A stretch of 64,000 nucleotides of DNA from contig NC_083288.1 in the NCBI RefSeq assembly GCF_963506605.1, forward strand, positions 32,860,001 through 32,924,000, given 5' to 3'. Below are positions 12,380 to 24,431 of this stretch, one piece after another (positions within the stretch are counted from its first letter, which is position 1; every line of letters begins with the position of its first letter). The DNA comes from Zootoca vivipara. Lineage: Eukaryota. The translations under genes were made by a program, and so were the position numbers. The notes beneath the pieces are model-generated. The model searched no databases, had not been told where the DNA came from, and was given only the letters and a program-made list of their open reading frames with translations.

Positions 12380-13346
12380 CTACCCATCTGACTGGGTTGC
12401 ATTACATCACACATGCATTCAGGTGTCTTCTAAATATTATATAGTTATTCATCTCCTTGACATCTGGTGGGAGGGTATTCCACAGGGTGGGTGACACTAC
12501 CAAAAATCAACCTTTTCAGTCAGAAAGCTTGGTGAAGTGGAATGTGCTTTAATGGCAAAACATTATATTATATGGTTGCACATTATATTTAATTATTTTA
12601 TTTAAATATTTGTATACTTTTTTTTTACAAAATCTATCAAAGCAATATTCAACAATCTTAAACAATGAAACTAAGAAACAAATATATCATACTTTAGTCC
12701 AAAAATGCACACCAAAAAGTGAGCTAGTTAATCAAGAGTCTGCAAATATTTGGGCTAACAAGATTGTCTTCAACCACAGGCACAGCACATCAAAGAAGGT
12801 GCCCACTGAATCACTAAATGAAGACTATTCCATAATATAGGTGCCACCACAGATAATGCTCTGGGTTATATTGCAGAATAACGTTTACTAGTTTTGAATT
12901 TAATTGGATTAGCATTTTATTTGTTTGCATCTCATTGAATTGTTAAATAAAAAAGTATAAAATAAAACAAAACAGGAGCAAGGAGAATTAATAGGGCTTA
13001 TTTCATTAGAACCACCAATTGATTTTACAAAACAGCCCAGGGAGGAACCATTCAGGGACTCTTTCACATATACAGAGGAAGGAGGCAGGCCAGAATACAG
13101 ACAATGTCTATAGCTCAGTGGATCACAAGTGGTTCACATTTCATCATGGGCAATCAAACTCATAGTTGCCTGATAATAGGGACTGTTAAAGAACATGTGT
13201 GGCATAACATAAGGTGGCTGTTGTGGGGACAAAACATAATGACTTTAATGTCGGAGCAGGTGACCCAATGCAAACATTGGTAATATTTGTGAATATTAAT
13301 GGGATATTCACTAAGAAACTTCACTCCTATCATTGGAAGTACAGGT

Positions 13347-13594
13347 GTAGTAGTAGTAGTAGTAGTTTGGATTTGATATCCCGCTTTATCACTACCCTAA
13401 GGAGTCTCAAAGCGGCTAACAATCTCCTTTCTCTTCCTCCCCACAACAAACACTCTGTGAGGTGAGTGAGGCTGAGAGACTTCAAAGAAGTGTGACTGGC
13501 CCAAGGTCACCCAGCAGCTGCATGTGGAGGAGCCGGGAATCAAACCCGGTTCACCAGATTATGAGTCCATTGCTCCTAACCACTATACCACTGG
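13347..13594 (-). mobile_element. Squam3-like tRNA-derived SINE
   Basis: Reverse complement of the copy at 28321; (CTA)n tail. Confidence 0.8.
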
Positions 13595-13715
13595 TGGGCA
13601 CAGTAGCACTCACAGGCACCATGTTGGTCACCCTTGAATAGTCTTCTTTTCTTATTTGGGGGGGGGTCATTATAAGCCCTGCCATCTGTTCCTATCTGGG
13701 AGAGAGATTTCAGCT

Positions 13716-13985
13716 GAGAATATGTGACAAACAAGTTTTCTCAGTTCCATAGGGACTACCCAACCTTAACTCAACAGCTGTCTTTAACACAATAACTATC
13801 TTCACAATTACCTCGTCAGAATGGTAATTAGTTCTGATATTCATTCAAACCCCAGTGGAATTTCAGTGTCCTCTTACAAAACAAAGAGCAAAGCCTGCTA
13901 TTAATATACCCAGTACACTTCAAAGGTAGGGAGACAGACTAGGAACAGGCAAAGATCCACAGCTCTGATCTTGGATATTCCAGGC
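13716..13985 (+). promoter_or_regulatory. Conserved V2R upstream/promoter module, gene 2
   Basis: GAGAATATGTGACAAAC, TTCCATAGGGAC (13745), TAATTA (13825), CCCAGTGGAATTTCAGT (13851), TATTAATATA, CTCTGATCTTGGATATT. Confidence 0.65.
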
Positions 13986-14075
13986 TTTGGGAATATCAGG
14001 AAAATGTGAAATGTTCAAGTAAGAAGAAAACAGAGGATTTTGTATGTAGAGTGAAGATTTGGTCTTGTACTGAGA

Positions 14076-15114
14076 ATGGTTTCAGTCATCCTGCTACTGT
14101 CCCTGTTTCCTCACATGACATGCGTAGCGTATGCTGTCCAATGCAGCTTCCATTATCCACAAGCTCCAGTTCAGACTTATAACCAGCCAGGAAACTTCAT
14201 CATTGGTGGCATTGCTTATCATGCCTGCATCGTCCACAGTGAAATACTCTTCACAAAAGAACCCCTGCCAGCGTTGACAGAATCATTTGTGTAAGGCATT
14301 AAAGATCATTTCCTTTTCTGTCCATGTATTTTGACACTCAGATAGTGAGTGGAGTTGTAAACCAACATTTGGAGGAAGGGACCAGTTTTACTACCCCAAA
14401 CCTAGCAGTTTCTCCTAATGTTAAGCAAAAAATCTGCTCTTTTTTGCAGTTCTCACTCATTACTCATTTCCCTTTGTAGCAATAGCAAATAGGCCTGCTC
14501 CACCTTCTTCCTATTCGAAGACGGCTATATTTTCTCCTCTTAAGCATTTCTTTTTCAGAATAAATATACACAGCTCATTTGACTTTTCAGTGTTGCTTAT
14601 TTTAGTAAATGATCTTTAGAAAGATATCCTACTCAGACAACACACGGTGTGTCGTGTTCTGAACTTGAAGACTAGTTTTGCTTATCTTTTAGGGCAAAGA
14701 GTTATTTATGATTAACTGCTGTAATCATGAACAAATTAAAGGGACATTAACACAGTGGAAATAATTAAGTTATGTGTGGAATATCATTTTGATACAAAAT
14801 AAAACTCTCATTCTAGCATTGTGCCTAAGTATTACCAGCACATAACAGCCTTGGCTTTTGCAGTAAAGGAGATCAATGAAAACCATCATATCTTACCCAA
14901 TCTCACGTTGGGATTCAACATCTATGACAGCCATAACAATGCAAAGAAAACATATCATGCCACAATGCTGCTTCTATCAACTCTGGAAAGATTTATCCCT
15001 AACTACGTATGTGACAACCAGAAAAATCTAATAGCTGTCATTGGGGGGCTGGATGCCCAAATTTCCATTAATGTGGCAAGCCTCTTGAATAACTTTAAGG
15101 TTCCACAGGTAGGA

Positions 15115-15178
<64 letters not shown>

Positions 15179-15661
15179 TCTCTCTCGTGTGATATGGGAA
15201 TTTAAGAGACACAGTTGATGTAGTCTGATGTTTCTGGTGTCATTTTATTTTATTAATGAATTTTATTTACAGTTTTTTACACTCACATACTTCCAATGCA
15301 GATACATATGAACCCCCCCCCCCACCTTCGTGGTTTATTCTCTTAGATTTATAATACTGCATTTTAAACTGTACTCCATTTTAGTTACTCTACAATTAAT
15401 ATTGGTAACAGTTTTAACTGCTTGGTTTAAGTTAAGCCTACCATTATTTTTCAGATATACCACAAATATTTACCACTCCTAAAAAAAAAATCCTCTTGGT
15501 TTCTTACCACACCTGCTAATTTTGCCATTCTGGCATAATCCTTCAATTTAATCAGCCACTCTTCCTTAGTTAGAACAGCATCCTCTTTCCATCTCTGGGC
15601 AAATGCCATTCTGGATGTGGTTGTAGCATACATAAACAAATTCCTTGGGAATTTCTGTATT

Positions 15662-15715
<54 letters not shown>

Positions 15716-16300
15716 GGTACCTCTACTTACGAATTTAATGCGTTCCGAACACACATTTGTAAGTCAAAAAAAGTTGTAAGTCGAATCCCATAGGAATGCA
15801 TTAGAAAAAATTCGTAAGTTGAAGCAACCCTTTCTAAAAATTGGTAAGTAGAAAAAATACTATCTAAATCGCATCCAAGATGGCGGACGGAGCTCCATTC
15901 GTAAGTAGAAACATTCATAAGTAGAGTTATTCGTAAGTAGAGGTACCACTGTATAGGAAAAGGGATCCCTGACCATTAGGTCCAGTCATGACTGACTCTG
16001 GGTTTGTGGCTCTCATCTCGCATTATTGGCTGAGGGAGCCGGCGAACAGCTTCCAGGTCATGTGGCCAGCATGACAAAGCTGCTTCTGGCGAACCAGAGC
16101 AGCGCACGAAAACACCGTTTACCTTCCCGCTGTAGCGGTACCTATTTATCTACTTGCACTTTGACATGCTTTTGAACTGCTAGGTTGGCAGGAGCTGGGA
16201 CCGAGCAATGGGAGCTTACCCCATCGCACGGATTTGAACCGCCAACCTACTGATCGGCAAACCCTAGGCTCTGTGGTTTAACCCACAGTGCCACCCACAT

Positions 16301-16361
<61 letters not shown>

Positions 16362-17572
16362 CAAACTGCCCCGTGTTCTTGAGATGAAAGTTGGTATAGA
16401 AATTTAATCGACCAATCAATAAAAAACAGGAGGTCGACTAGCCGCCACTAAAGCCAGTGTCAATCCCTCTATGTAGCCACAGTGTTTTAAATAGAAATAC
16501 ATGTTATGTGGTATGTGATATAAATTCTGTTATTGTTGTCTTACTTCCCCATCCTGCAATCTCTCTTCAGCTCATATATGGCTCTGTGCCATTGATGGAT
16601 TCTAAATCCAGTGGACGTTCTTTCTACCAGATGGTTCCCCAGGAATCCCTTCAGTACACAGGGATTCTTTCTTTGTTTCTGCATTTCAGGTGGACATGGA
16701 TTGGCATCCTTGTAATGGATAATGAAAATGGTGAAAGATTTCTGCAAACGTTGTTGCCAATGTTTTCCCAGAAAGGTGTCTGCTCTGCCTTCATAAGCAG
16801 AGTGCCTACATTAACTACTGACTCCCAAATTCATGAAATACTAGACGATGGGACAAAAATATATACTGAAGTAATGAATAGCAAAGCGAATGTTGTCCTG
16901 TTTTATGGAGAATCTAAATCCATGGTGTTTTTGAGATGGATTCCATATTTTGCAGAATATCCACCAAATCTACCCAGAAGTATAGTATGGATAACGACAG
17001 CCCAAATGGAACTCGCTTCACAATTTTATCAAAGGGACTGGGAAACAGAAATATTTCATGGTGTCCTCTCCTTCACAGTTCACTCCAATGATGTACCAGA
17101 TTTCAAATCATTTGTTGAGAAACGAAATCCTTCCCATGCAAAAGGAGATGGTTTTATCACAGGATTCTGGCAACAAGCCTTTGGCTGTGAATTCCCAAAT
17201 CCAGATGTGGGAGATGTGAAAGGGGATATTTGCACTGAGAATGAGAAATTGGAGTGCCTTTCAGCGCCATTTTTTGAAATGAGCATGTCAGGACACAGCT
17301 ACAACATATACAATGCTGTCTATGCTGTTGCCTATGCTTTACATGGTATGTTCTCGTCTATATTCAGACACAGAGGAAGGGAAGGTAAAGTGGGAGTGAA
17401 GCATCAGAATAAACAATTGTGGCAGGTAATGGGCTCAATTTCAAGTGGTACAGCACCAGAAGCAGTGCATGCTGGAGATGTATATGATACTGCATATATT
17501 GTGGGCCTGCCCCAAAATCACATTTTCGGGGGTGGAGAAGAAGATATAACTGAAATTGAATGTGTGTGTGTG

Positions 17573-17647
<75 letters not shown>

Positions 17648-17943
17648 TGAAATGAAATATCATCTTTCCTTCAGGAAAATGCTAAATGTTTGTTGAAGGC
17701 CTTTTTGCCATAACCATGAAATCCTTGTCTTTACACCTCTTTCCCAACTGTTGTGTTGCTTGTTAATTCTATAATCAGGATGTATTTATATATTTTATTT
17801 AACAATTTTGTAATTGATCCTTTTATAACCAATACTTAGAATTCCGTTGGTGCATGTAGAGCTCTGTGTATTAAAATTAAAGTATAAATTACATGCCTAA
17901 TTTGTTGTTGTTATTTATTCAATGTAAATACAGTGTGTGTGTA

Positions 17944-17974
<31 letters not shown>

Positions 17975-19040
17975 CAGCCTTTTTTAAATTCTTGCCTTTT
18001 CCAATTCAACCTAGCTCCACCATTTTCTCAGAAGTGTCTCCTTTAACAACAGTGGTGGGGACACCATTTCCTTTGACCAGCATGGAGAGTTAATGGCTGG
18101 GTTTGATATGATCAATTGGATTGTTTCCTCAAACCAATCATTTCATAGAATGAAAGTTGGGAGGGTGGATCCCAACCAAATGTTCACCATCAATGAGGAG
18201 GCCATAACATGGTGCAGTGGGTTTAATCAGGTAGGTCACTCAGTAATTGCAAATGATATCCAAGTTTCAGTGATCACTGTCTAAAACTAATTTCATCATC
18301 CTGTCATGAACCTTCATAGAATTATGTTATTCATTAGAAAAAAATCTAACTTACATAATGTCAATACATGCAGCTCTCGCTATCTGAACATAATGCATTC
18401 TCAGGAAATCATTTGTTAGCTGAGTGTTCGTATAACGAATCATCAATTTCCTTCAAATCATATGGGGAAATTTCAAATACATTCCCAATCACAGAATTTT
18501 GACCCGCAAATAACCACAAAACAAAACAGGAAACTTGCAAAAGAGAAGCAAAGGTGTGGGGAAATGATCTCTTATTTGCCCAACTCTTTTCCTTCTTCCC
18601 TCATCCTCCCACCATTGTTTCAGGCAAAATCCCTGCTATGGACCAGAAGAACACACACACCTAAGTCTTGTTAAAGGCTGCTTATTTGTTTACAGTAGTA
18701 CATGAAGGTCCAGCTGTTTGGATGTCAGAATGTTTGGTGCTTTTAGCAAGGTTTTGGTACTAATTCCTTGTGTTTGGATAAGTGATTTTTTTGTACAATG
18801 AGCATTTGGATAGTGGCACCTGTGTGTTTTGTTAATATATAGGCATGATATGATACCATATTGATTATGTTAATGAAGAAAGGTAGCAGAAGCTTGCAGC
18901 CTTGACCATATCTGATTTATGCTGATATTACTTAGGAACAAAAGAAAAGACCACAAAAACTTTTTATTATGTTTTTATGTGTGCAGGAAGCCACCCAGAG
19001 TGGCTGGGGGAACCCAGAAAGATGGGCCGGGTAATAATAA

Positions 19041-19086
<46 letters not shown>

Positions 19087-21629
19087 ATATTGATTGCAAA
19101 GTTAATTTTGCACTTTCATTTATTAATTAGTTGCAGCCTGTTTCTTTATGTAATGAGAGGTGCCATCCTGGCTTTAGGAAGAAAGTGAAGGACGGGGAAC
19201 CATTTTGCTGCTATGATTGCATCCCATGTCCTGAAGGGAAGATCTCAGGCCAAGAGGGTAAGAATTTTGTTTATACTGCATTATGAAATAGAATTGATCT
19301 GGTTACAACGTACCAGAAAGTGCCTCTAAGCTTATGGCTGTTTCAGGGCTACTTTCCTTCACCGCTTGAAATGTGATTGCAATGTTTATTTATTTTTTTT
19401 AAAAAAATATTTTTTATTAAATTTTCCAAATAAACACAAAACACAAAAAACTGATTGCAATTTATCTTAAAATTTCCCCATCTCAGTCTTTCACTCTGCT
19501 GAGCTGTGACTTCCCTCCCTCCTGTCATTCGGCTTTATTCCTCACTCCTGTCTCGCAGTTCCTTTTTATAAACATAGATAAGTTCACTTCATAGGATTTA
19601 TTTCAGTCCTGCAAGTGTCTTTAATCTTCTGCAGTTCTTCTCCATATACTCTATAAATTTACTCCATTCCCTCTGGAACTTTGTCTCTCCCTGGTTTCGA
19701 ATCCCGCAAGTCAACTTTGCCAGTTCTGCATAGTCCATCATCTTCGTTTGCCACTCCTCAATTGTCGGTATCTCCTGTAATTTCCACTTTGGGGCTAATA
19801 AAGTCCTCACCGTGGTTGTAGCATCCTATATAATAAAGTCTCTGTGTCTCTGCGTCCAGTCCCTGTGTCCCTGTGTCTGCACTACTGCACATGTGCCCCA
19901 AGGACACAGGGATTGGACGCAGAGACTTGGAGCGCAGAGACCGGCCCCTCCTCCGCCTCCTCCCGCTGTCCCAAGTGGCGACGGCCTCCTCCACCTCCCT
20001 TCTCCTGAGGAGAAGGAAGAGGCCTCTGCCGCCGCCTCCCACAGCGCGCCTCAGTTAAGCGCGCCGCCCCTTGCTCTCCCGCCTTGCCGCCCTGCGTCAC
20101 TCCACCGCAACAGGGAGGTAGAGGAGGCCGTCGCCACTCGGGACAGCGGGAGGAAGAGGAGGAGGGGCCGGTGGGCCTCAGGCGCTCGACAGAGGTGACG
20201 CCTGCGCGGTCCCAGGGCTTCTCCTTCGTTCCCGCCCGGCTAGCGCCCGTTTACTGAACGGGCTGAATGACACTAGTACATAAATAGTCTCTGATCTCCC
20301 TTTGCTATTTCCTGTCCCATTAAACCAATGGGACAATAAATGCAATGTTTATTAATGTGGACATTGAAGGCAGCAACTGTTGTAGAATAAATTATCTCAT
20401 AGTTGTGATCATTTGCCTTGGGCTATTCATATAACCACACCTTGAAGGGGGGGTGTCTCCTCAGGGTTCTCATCCATGCTGAAGGGAGAAAGCAACTGGT
20501 TTACAGCATTGGTGACCAGGCCTGTCTCAGGGCACCACAAACACCTCTGCCTGTTAACATATATGTGAATGGAAACAAACTAGTTGAAATAACACCACTA
20601 TTTGATTGCTCCAGCAAAGAAATGCACACTGAATCTACCCTGCAATTTAAATATGAAATATTTCCTTTCTGAAACGAACAATTACACCATGATATTAAGA
20701 TTAAAAACCACTTATTTTATTTTTCAGATATGAATGATTGTGATATATGCTCAGAAGAAAAATATGCAAATAATAATCAGGATGAGTGCATTTCCAAGGA
20801 TATAAGCTTCTTGTCCTTTGAAGAACCTTTGGGAGTCAGTTTAGTCTATTTCGCTCTTTCCCTTTCTTTGGTGACAGCTCTGGTGCTGTGGACATTTATG
20901 AAGCACCATGACACACCTATTATCAAGGCAAACAATCGGGACCTCACCTACACTCTCCTCATTGCCCTTCTGTTCTGCTTCCTTTGTGCACTGCTATTCA
21001 TTGGACAGCCAGAGAGGGTGAGATGTCTCCTCCGACAAATTGCTTTTGGCATCATCTTCTCAGTAGCTGTTTCTTGTATACTGGCAAAAACTATCACAGT
21101 TGTTCTGGCTTTTATGGCCACCAAACCTGGATCCAGGATGCGGAAGTGGGTAGGGAAGAGAATGACCACGTTCATTGTGGCTTCCTGCTCCCTTACTCAA
21201 GCTGCTGTCTGTACTGTGTGGCTGGGATTCTCACCCCCATTCCCAGATGTTGATATGCACTCAATGGCTAAGGAAATTGTTCTAGAATGTAATGAGGGAT
21301 CTGTGACTATGTTTTACTGTGTCCTGGGCTACATGGGCTTCTTGGCTCTTGTCAGCTTCACTGTGGCTTTCCTTGCCAGGAAGTTACCTGACAGTTTCAA
21401 CGAAGCCAAGTTCATCACTTTCAGCATGCTGGTCTTTTGCAGTGTTTGGGTATCTTTTGTTCCAACCTACCTCAGTACCAAGGGAAAATACATGGTCGCT
21501 GTGGAAATCTTTTCTATCTTAGCCTCCGGTGCTGGTCTGCTGGGTTGCATCTTTGCCCCAAAATGCTACATAATTGTGCTGCGGCCTGAGCTGAACAACA
21601 GGGAACATCTAATAAGAAATAAGGCTTGA
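14076..21629 (+). CDS. V2R gene 2; 868 aa; join(14076..14290,14817..15108,16571..17425,18015..18230,19131..19257,20728..21629)
   Basis: GT-AG introns, exon lengths identical to gene 1 (215/292/855/216/127/902), continuous frame, all class C GPCR domains present. Confidence 0.93.
15117..15186. repeat. (CT)n microsatellite just after the exon 2 donor of gene 2
   Basis: Direct reading. Confidence 0.95.
15246..15665 (-). mobile_element. L1 LINE 3' fragment (ORF2 C-terminus and 3' UTR)
   Basis: Minus-strand translation [33 protein letters not shown], homologous to the longer copy at about 27 kb. Confidence 0.75.
15712..15951. mobile_element. Tc1/mariner (Tigger/pogo-like) MITE
   Basis: TIR CAGTGGTACCTCTACTTACGAA / TTCGTAAGTAGAGGTACCACTG; TA on the right, left flank is a (CA)n run (15665-15711). 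Confidence 0.88.
15955..16303 (-). mobile_element. Sauria SINE, followed by (TA)n at 16304-16356
   Basis: Full-length reverse-oriented copy. Confidence 0.9.
17560..17645. repeat. (TG)n(AG)n compound microsatellite
   Basis: Direct reading. Confidence 0.95.
19042..19086. repeat. (GTT)n microsatellite
   Basis: Direct reading. Confidence 0.95.
19400..20340 (-). mobile_element. L1 LINE 3' fragment interrupted by a Helitron
   Basis: Minus [53 protein letters not shown]; continues after 20276. Confidence 0.78.
19824..20276 (+). mobile_element. Non-autonomous Helitron (453 bp)
   Basis: 5' TCCTATATAATAAA; 3' CTAG preceded by hairpin GCCCGTT-TACTG-AACGGGC (20245-20263); inserted between A(19823) and T(20277) with no TSD; removal restores the L1 sequence GTTGTAGCA|TACATAAA. 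Confidence 0.9.
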
Positions 21630-22125
21630 ATAATTTGTTTGTCTGCATTGCTCACTATAGTTCTTAAGACTAGAGTTTTATGATTGCACAGCAGATTGTT
21701 TGTAAGAATTTATTTGGATAAATGTTTTTTTGTCTGTTTTTTGAACTAAAAAACCTTCTGAGACTCTGAGACTTTGAGGCCTTGTACTGTTATGATGCTG
21801 CAAGTGTAGGTAGAATGAACATGGCACAGCACAAAATGATTTCCATGGGGAAGTTCATAAAATGCCACAAAATTATAAAGACAACCACTCCCAGCCACCA
21901 CATGCTTTGTTTGGGAAGTCAGCTTTGTCCTGCTGGCCCTGACTATTGCAGATCTCACACAAATACATGCAAATACACACATACTGATGTTGTCAAATAA
22001 AAACAGAGAGAATTTCCCAGTACTAGGAAAAAAATATAAGGTACCACTCTCATTTCACAGAGATTGCTTCCATAATACCTACAGATTTTGCCTCATAACT
22101 TTCTTCTTCAGAGGTCTAGATACTT

Positions 22126-22548
22126 TGTTGTTGTTGTTTAGTCATGTCCGACTCTTCGTGACCCCATGGACCATAGCACGCCAGGCACTCCTGTCTTGCA
22201 CTGCCTCCCGCAGTTTGGTCAAACTCATGTTCGTAGCTTCGAGAACACTGTCCAACCATCTCGTCCTCTGTCGTCCCCTTCTCCTAGTGCCCTCCATCTT
22301 TCCCAACATCAGGGTCTTTTCCAATGATTCTTCTCTTCTCATGAGGTGGCCAAAGTATTGGAGCCTCAGCTTCAGGATCTGTCCTTCCAGTGGGCACTCA
22401 GGGCTGATTTCCTTCAGAATGGATAGGTTTGCTCTTCTTGCAGTCTATGGGACTCTCAAGATTCTCCTCCAGCACCATAATTCAAAAGCATCAATTCTTC
22501 AGCGATCAGCCTTCTTGATGGTCCAGCTCTCACTTCCATACATCACTA
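22126..22548 (-). mobile_element. Bov-B (RTE clade) LINE 3' fragment with (CAA)n tail and 11-bp TSD TCTAGATACTT
   Basis: ORF MRREESLEKTLMLGKMEGTRRRGRQRTRWLD..WRAMVHGVTKSRT; TSD at 22115-22125 and 22549-22559. Confidence 0.93.
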
Positions 22549-23508
22549 TCTAGATACTTACTATTAAAAAAAAATGTTCAGGGTCTAAGGTATCTGCCCA
22601 TTGCAAATAAGGTATTGGGTTAAAGGGCATTTGCCGAAGAGAACTTGTCATAGGCTAAACATCCACTTGAAACAACCAAAGGAAAACAGTAGAAAACTTA
22701 ACTTACACCATTTATTTCACTAGAAACAACACCTGATTTTATTTTTAAGGGAGGGAAGTTGCAGAATAAACCAAGAAAAAAACATCCTATATATTTGCAG
22801 CTTGCCAGCATCAGGGCAAGCTTCGGATTCAGCACACTGCTGTTGCAGCCTGGTTGTGGCACAATGATCAGGCCCAAATCAGACTGAATACTCTCATATA
22901 ATGTCATGGATTTGCTGGGTGCAGAGGAGTGGTGGGAGACACCATCTGGGAAACCCCCAAGGGAAGAAGAATCAGAATCTGGGGACTAGTGGTGAGATGA
23001 CAATGAGTGGTCGAGGGAGAAGAGAGAAGACTGGAAGGAGGAGGTGTCAGAAGCTAAAGAAGTAACAGGGTTTAGTGAGTAGAAAGAATATGTGGCAGAA
23101 GGCATAGTAGCAACGAACTCTGGTGTTGAGTTATGATGTCTCTGTATTCAAAGTGGGCGCTCGGGCTGCGAGCGTGATCCGTGCGGGAGGCACGTTCGCA
23201 ACCCGCAGCATTCACACCCCACGTCTGCACACGTGCGTGTCACAATTCGGCGCTTCTGCACATGCACAAAGCATGATTTAACGCTTCTGCACATGCGCAC
23301 ATGCCAAAACCCGGTAGTTTGACCATACTTGCAAATTTCTGAGCTATGCAGAAGTAAAATAAATATAAGAATAAGCTGTGAGATAAGAACCTGTGCATTT
23401 ACAACATAGTGAGGGCAGTTGACACAGAGAAAAGTGACACAGAGAAAAGTGTGCCAAAGGTCACACAGACTGTGTGAGTCTCTATGGTTGAGCAGTTAAG
23501 AAAATGAA

Positions 23509-23630
23509 TAGTGGTACCTCTACTTACAAATAACTCTACTTACGAATTTTTCTACTTACAAATGGAGCTCCGTCCACCATCTTGGATGCGGTTTAGATAG
23601 GATTTTTTCTACTTACGAATTTTTAGATAC
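23509..23630. mobile_element. Truncated copy of the Tigger-like MITE family
   Basis: One TIR (GTGGTACCTCTACTTAC) plus internal sequence matching the 55412 copy. Confidence 0.8.
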
Positions 23631-24081
23631 GGTGTATGAGCAAAAGAAGGTGTCAGTAGAAAACAATCCAACCTCCAAAGCAACATTAATGGCAGTTGCC
23701 CATGAGGTCACACAGGACCAAATTGTATTTTGAAGTCAGGAGTCTCCTATTGCTGTTCTACTTCTGCTTGAAAAAGTTAATAAATATATTGTCTACTTTT
23801 CTTTTTCTTGTTAATTAAAGATATGCTCTCTAAACTTTAATCACCATGTCTTGGGTTTGTGTGTCTGTGTGAGGGGGGGTTCCAGGGAACATATGGCATG
23901 AGGTAGGGAGGAAATTCTCCCCTACACTATACAGGGATTGTTCATCTCCAGAACTCCCCCTTCTGCTCTCCTTCTCTCACTATTTAGCTATTGTATGTTG
24001 TCCTTAAGCCCTGTCTAACTCAGTACAAAGAGAACCCAACTTTTCTTAGACCATTCTAACGAGGAAGAGAAAACCTCTGTG

Positions 24082-24325
24082 CAGAATATGCGACAAACAA
24101 ATTTTCTTCAGCAATTCCATGAGGAATTGACTTCATAATTACTGTCCCCTTTCCCCCACGGACTGTAATTAAACCTGCTGCTTCTCAAAACCCCTGTGGC
24201 ATTTCAGTAGCCACTAGTAAAGCCACTGAGGAGGATGTTTTTCATATGCACAATACCATTTAGTGCTATGAAGAGGGAATGGGAAGAGGCAAGAATCTAT
24301 TCTTCTGATCTTGGCTACCCCAGGG
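24082..24325 (+). promoter_or_regulatory. Conserved V2R upstream/promoter module, gene 3
   Basis: CAGAATATGCGACAAAC, ATTCCATGAGGAA (24114), TAATTA x2 (24136, 24166), CCTGTGG-N11-CCACTAG, TTCTGATCTTGGCTA. Confidence 0.65.
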
Positions 24326-24431
24326 TCCAGGCCTTTCAGGAGAATGTGCCATTCAAATCAGTCTCTTACGGTATTGTTGCAGAAGAAATAAGAGATCTGT
24401 TCCAGTGACAACATTTGTAGTCATCCCTAGG

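Noticed and set aside
16457-17650. Long ORFs extending past exon boundaries (e.g. 397 aa), suggesting secreted ectodomain isoforms
   Set aside because: The extensions run into intronic microsatellites, are not conserved among paralogs, and are expected by chance; RNA evidence would be needed
19812-20198. GC-rich Pro/Arg-rich ORFs resembling a CpG-island gene start
   Set aside because: They lie almost entirely within the Helitron; the mirrored peptides on both strands come from its internal inverted repeat
22902-23320. Possible degenerate LTR followed by a Tigger-like internal fragment
   Set aside because: No matching terminus or TSD could be identified
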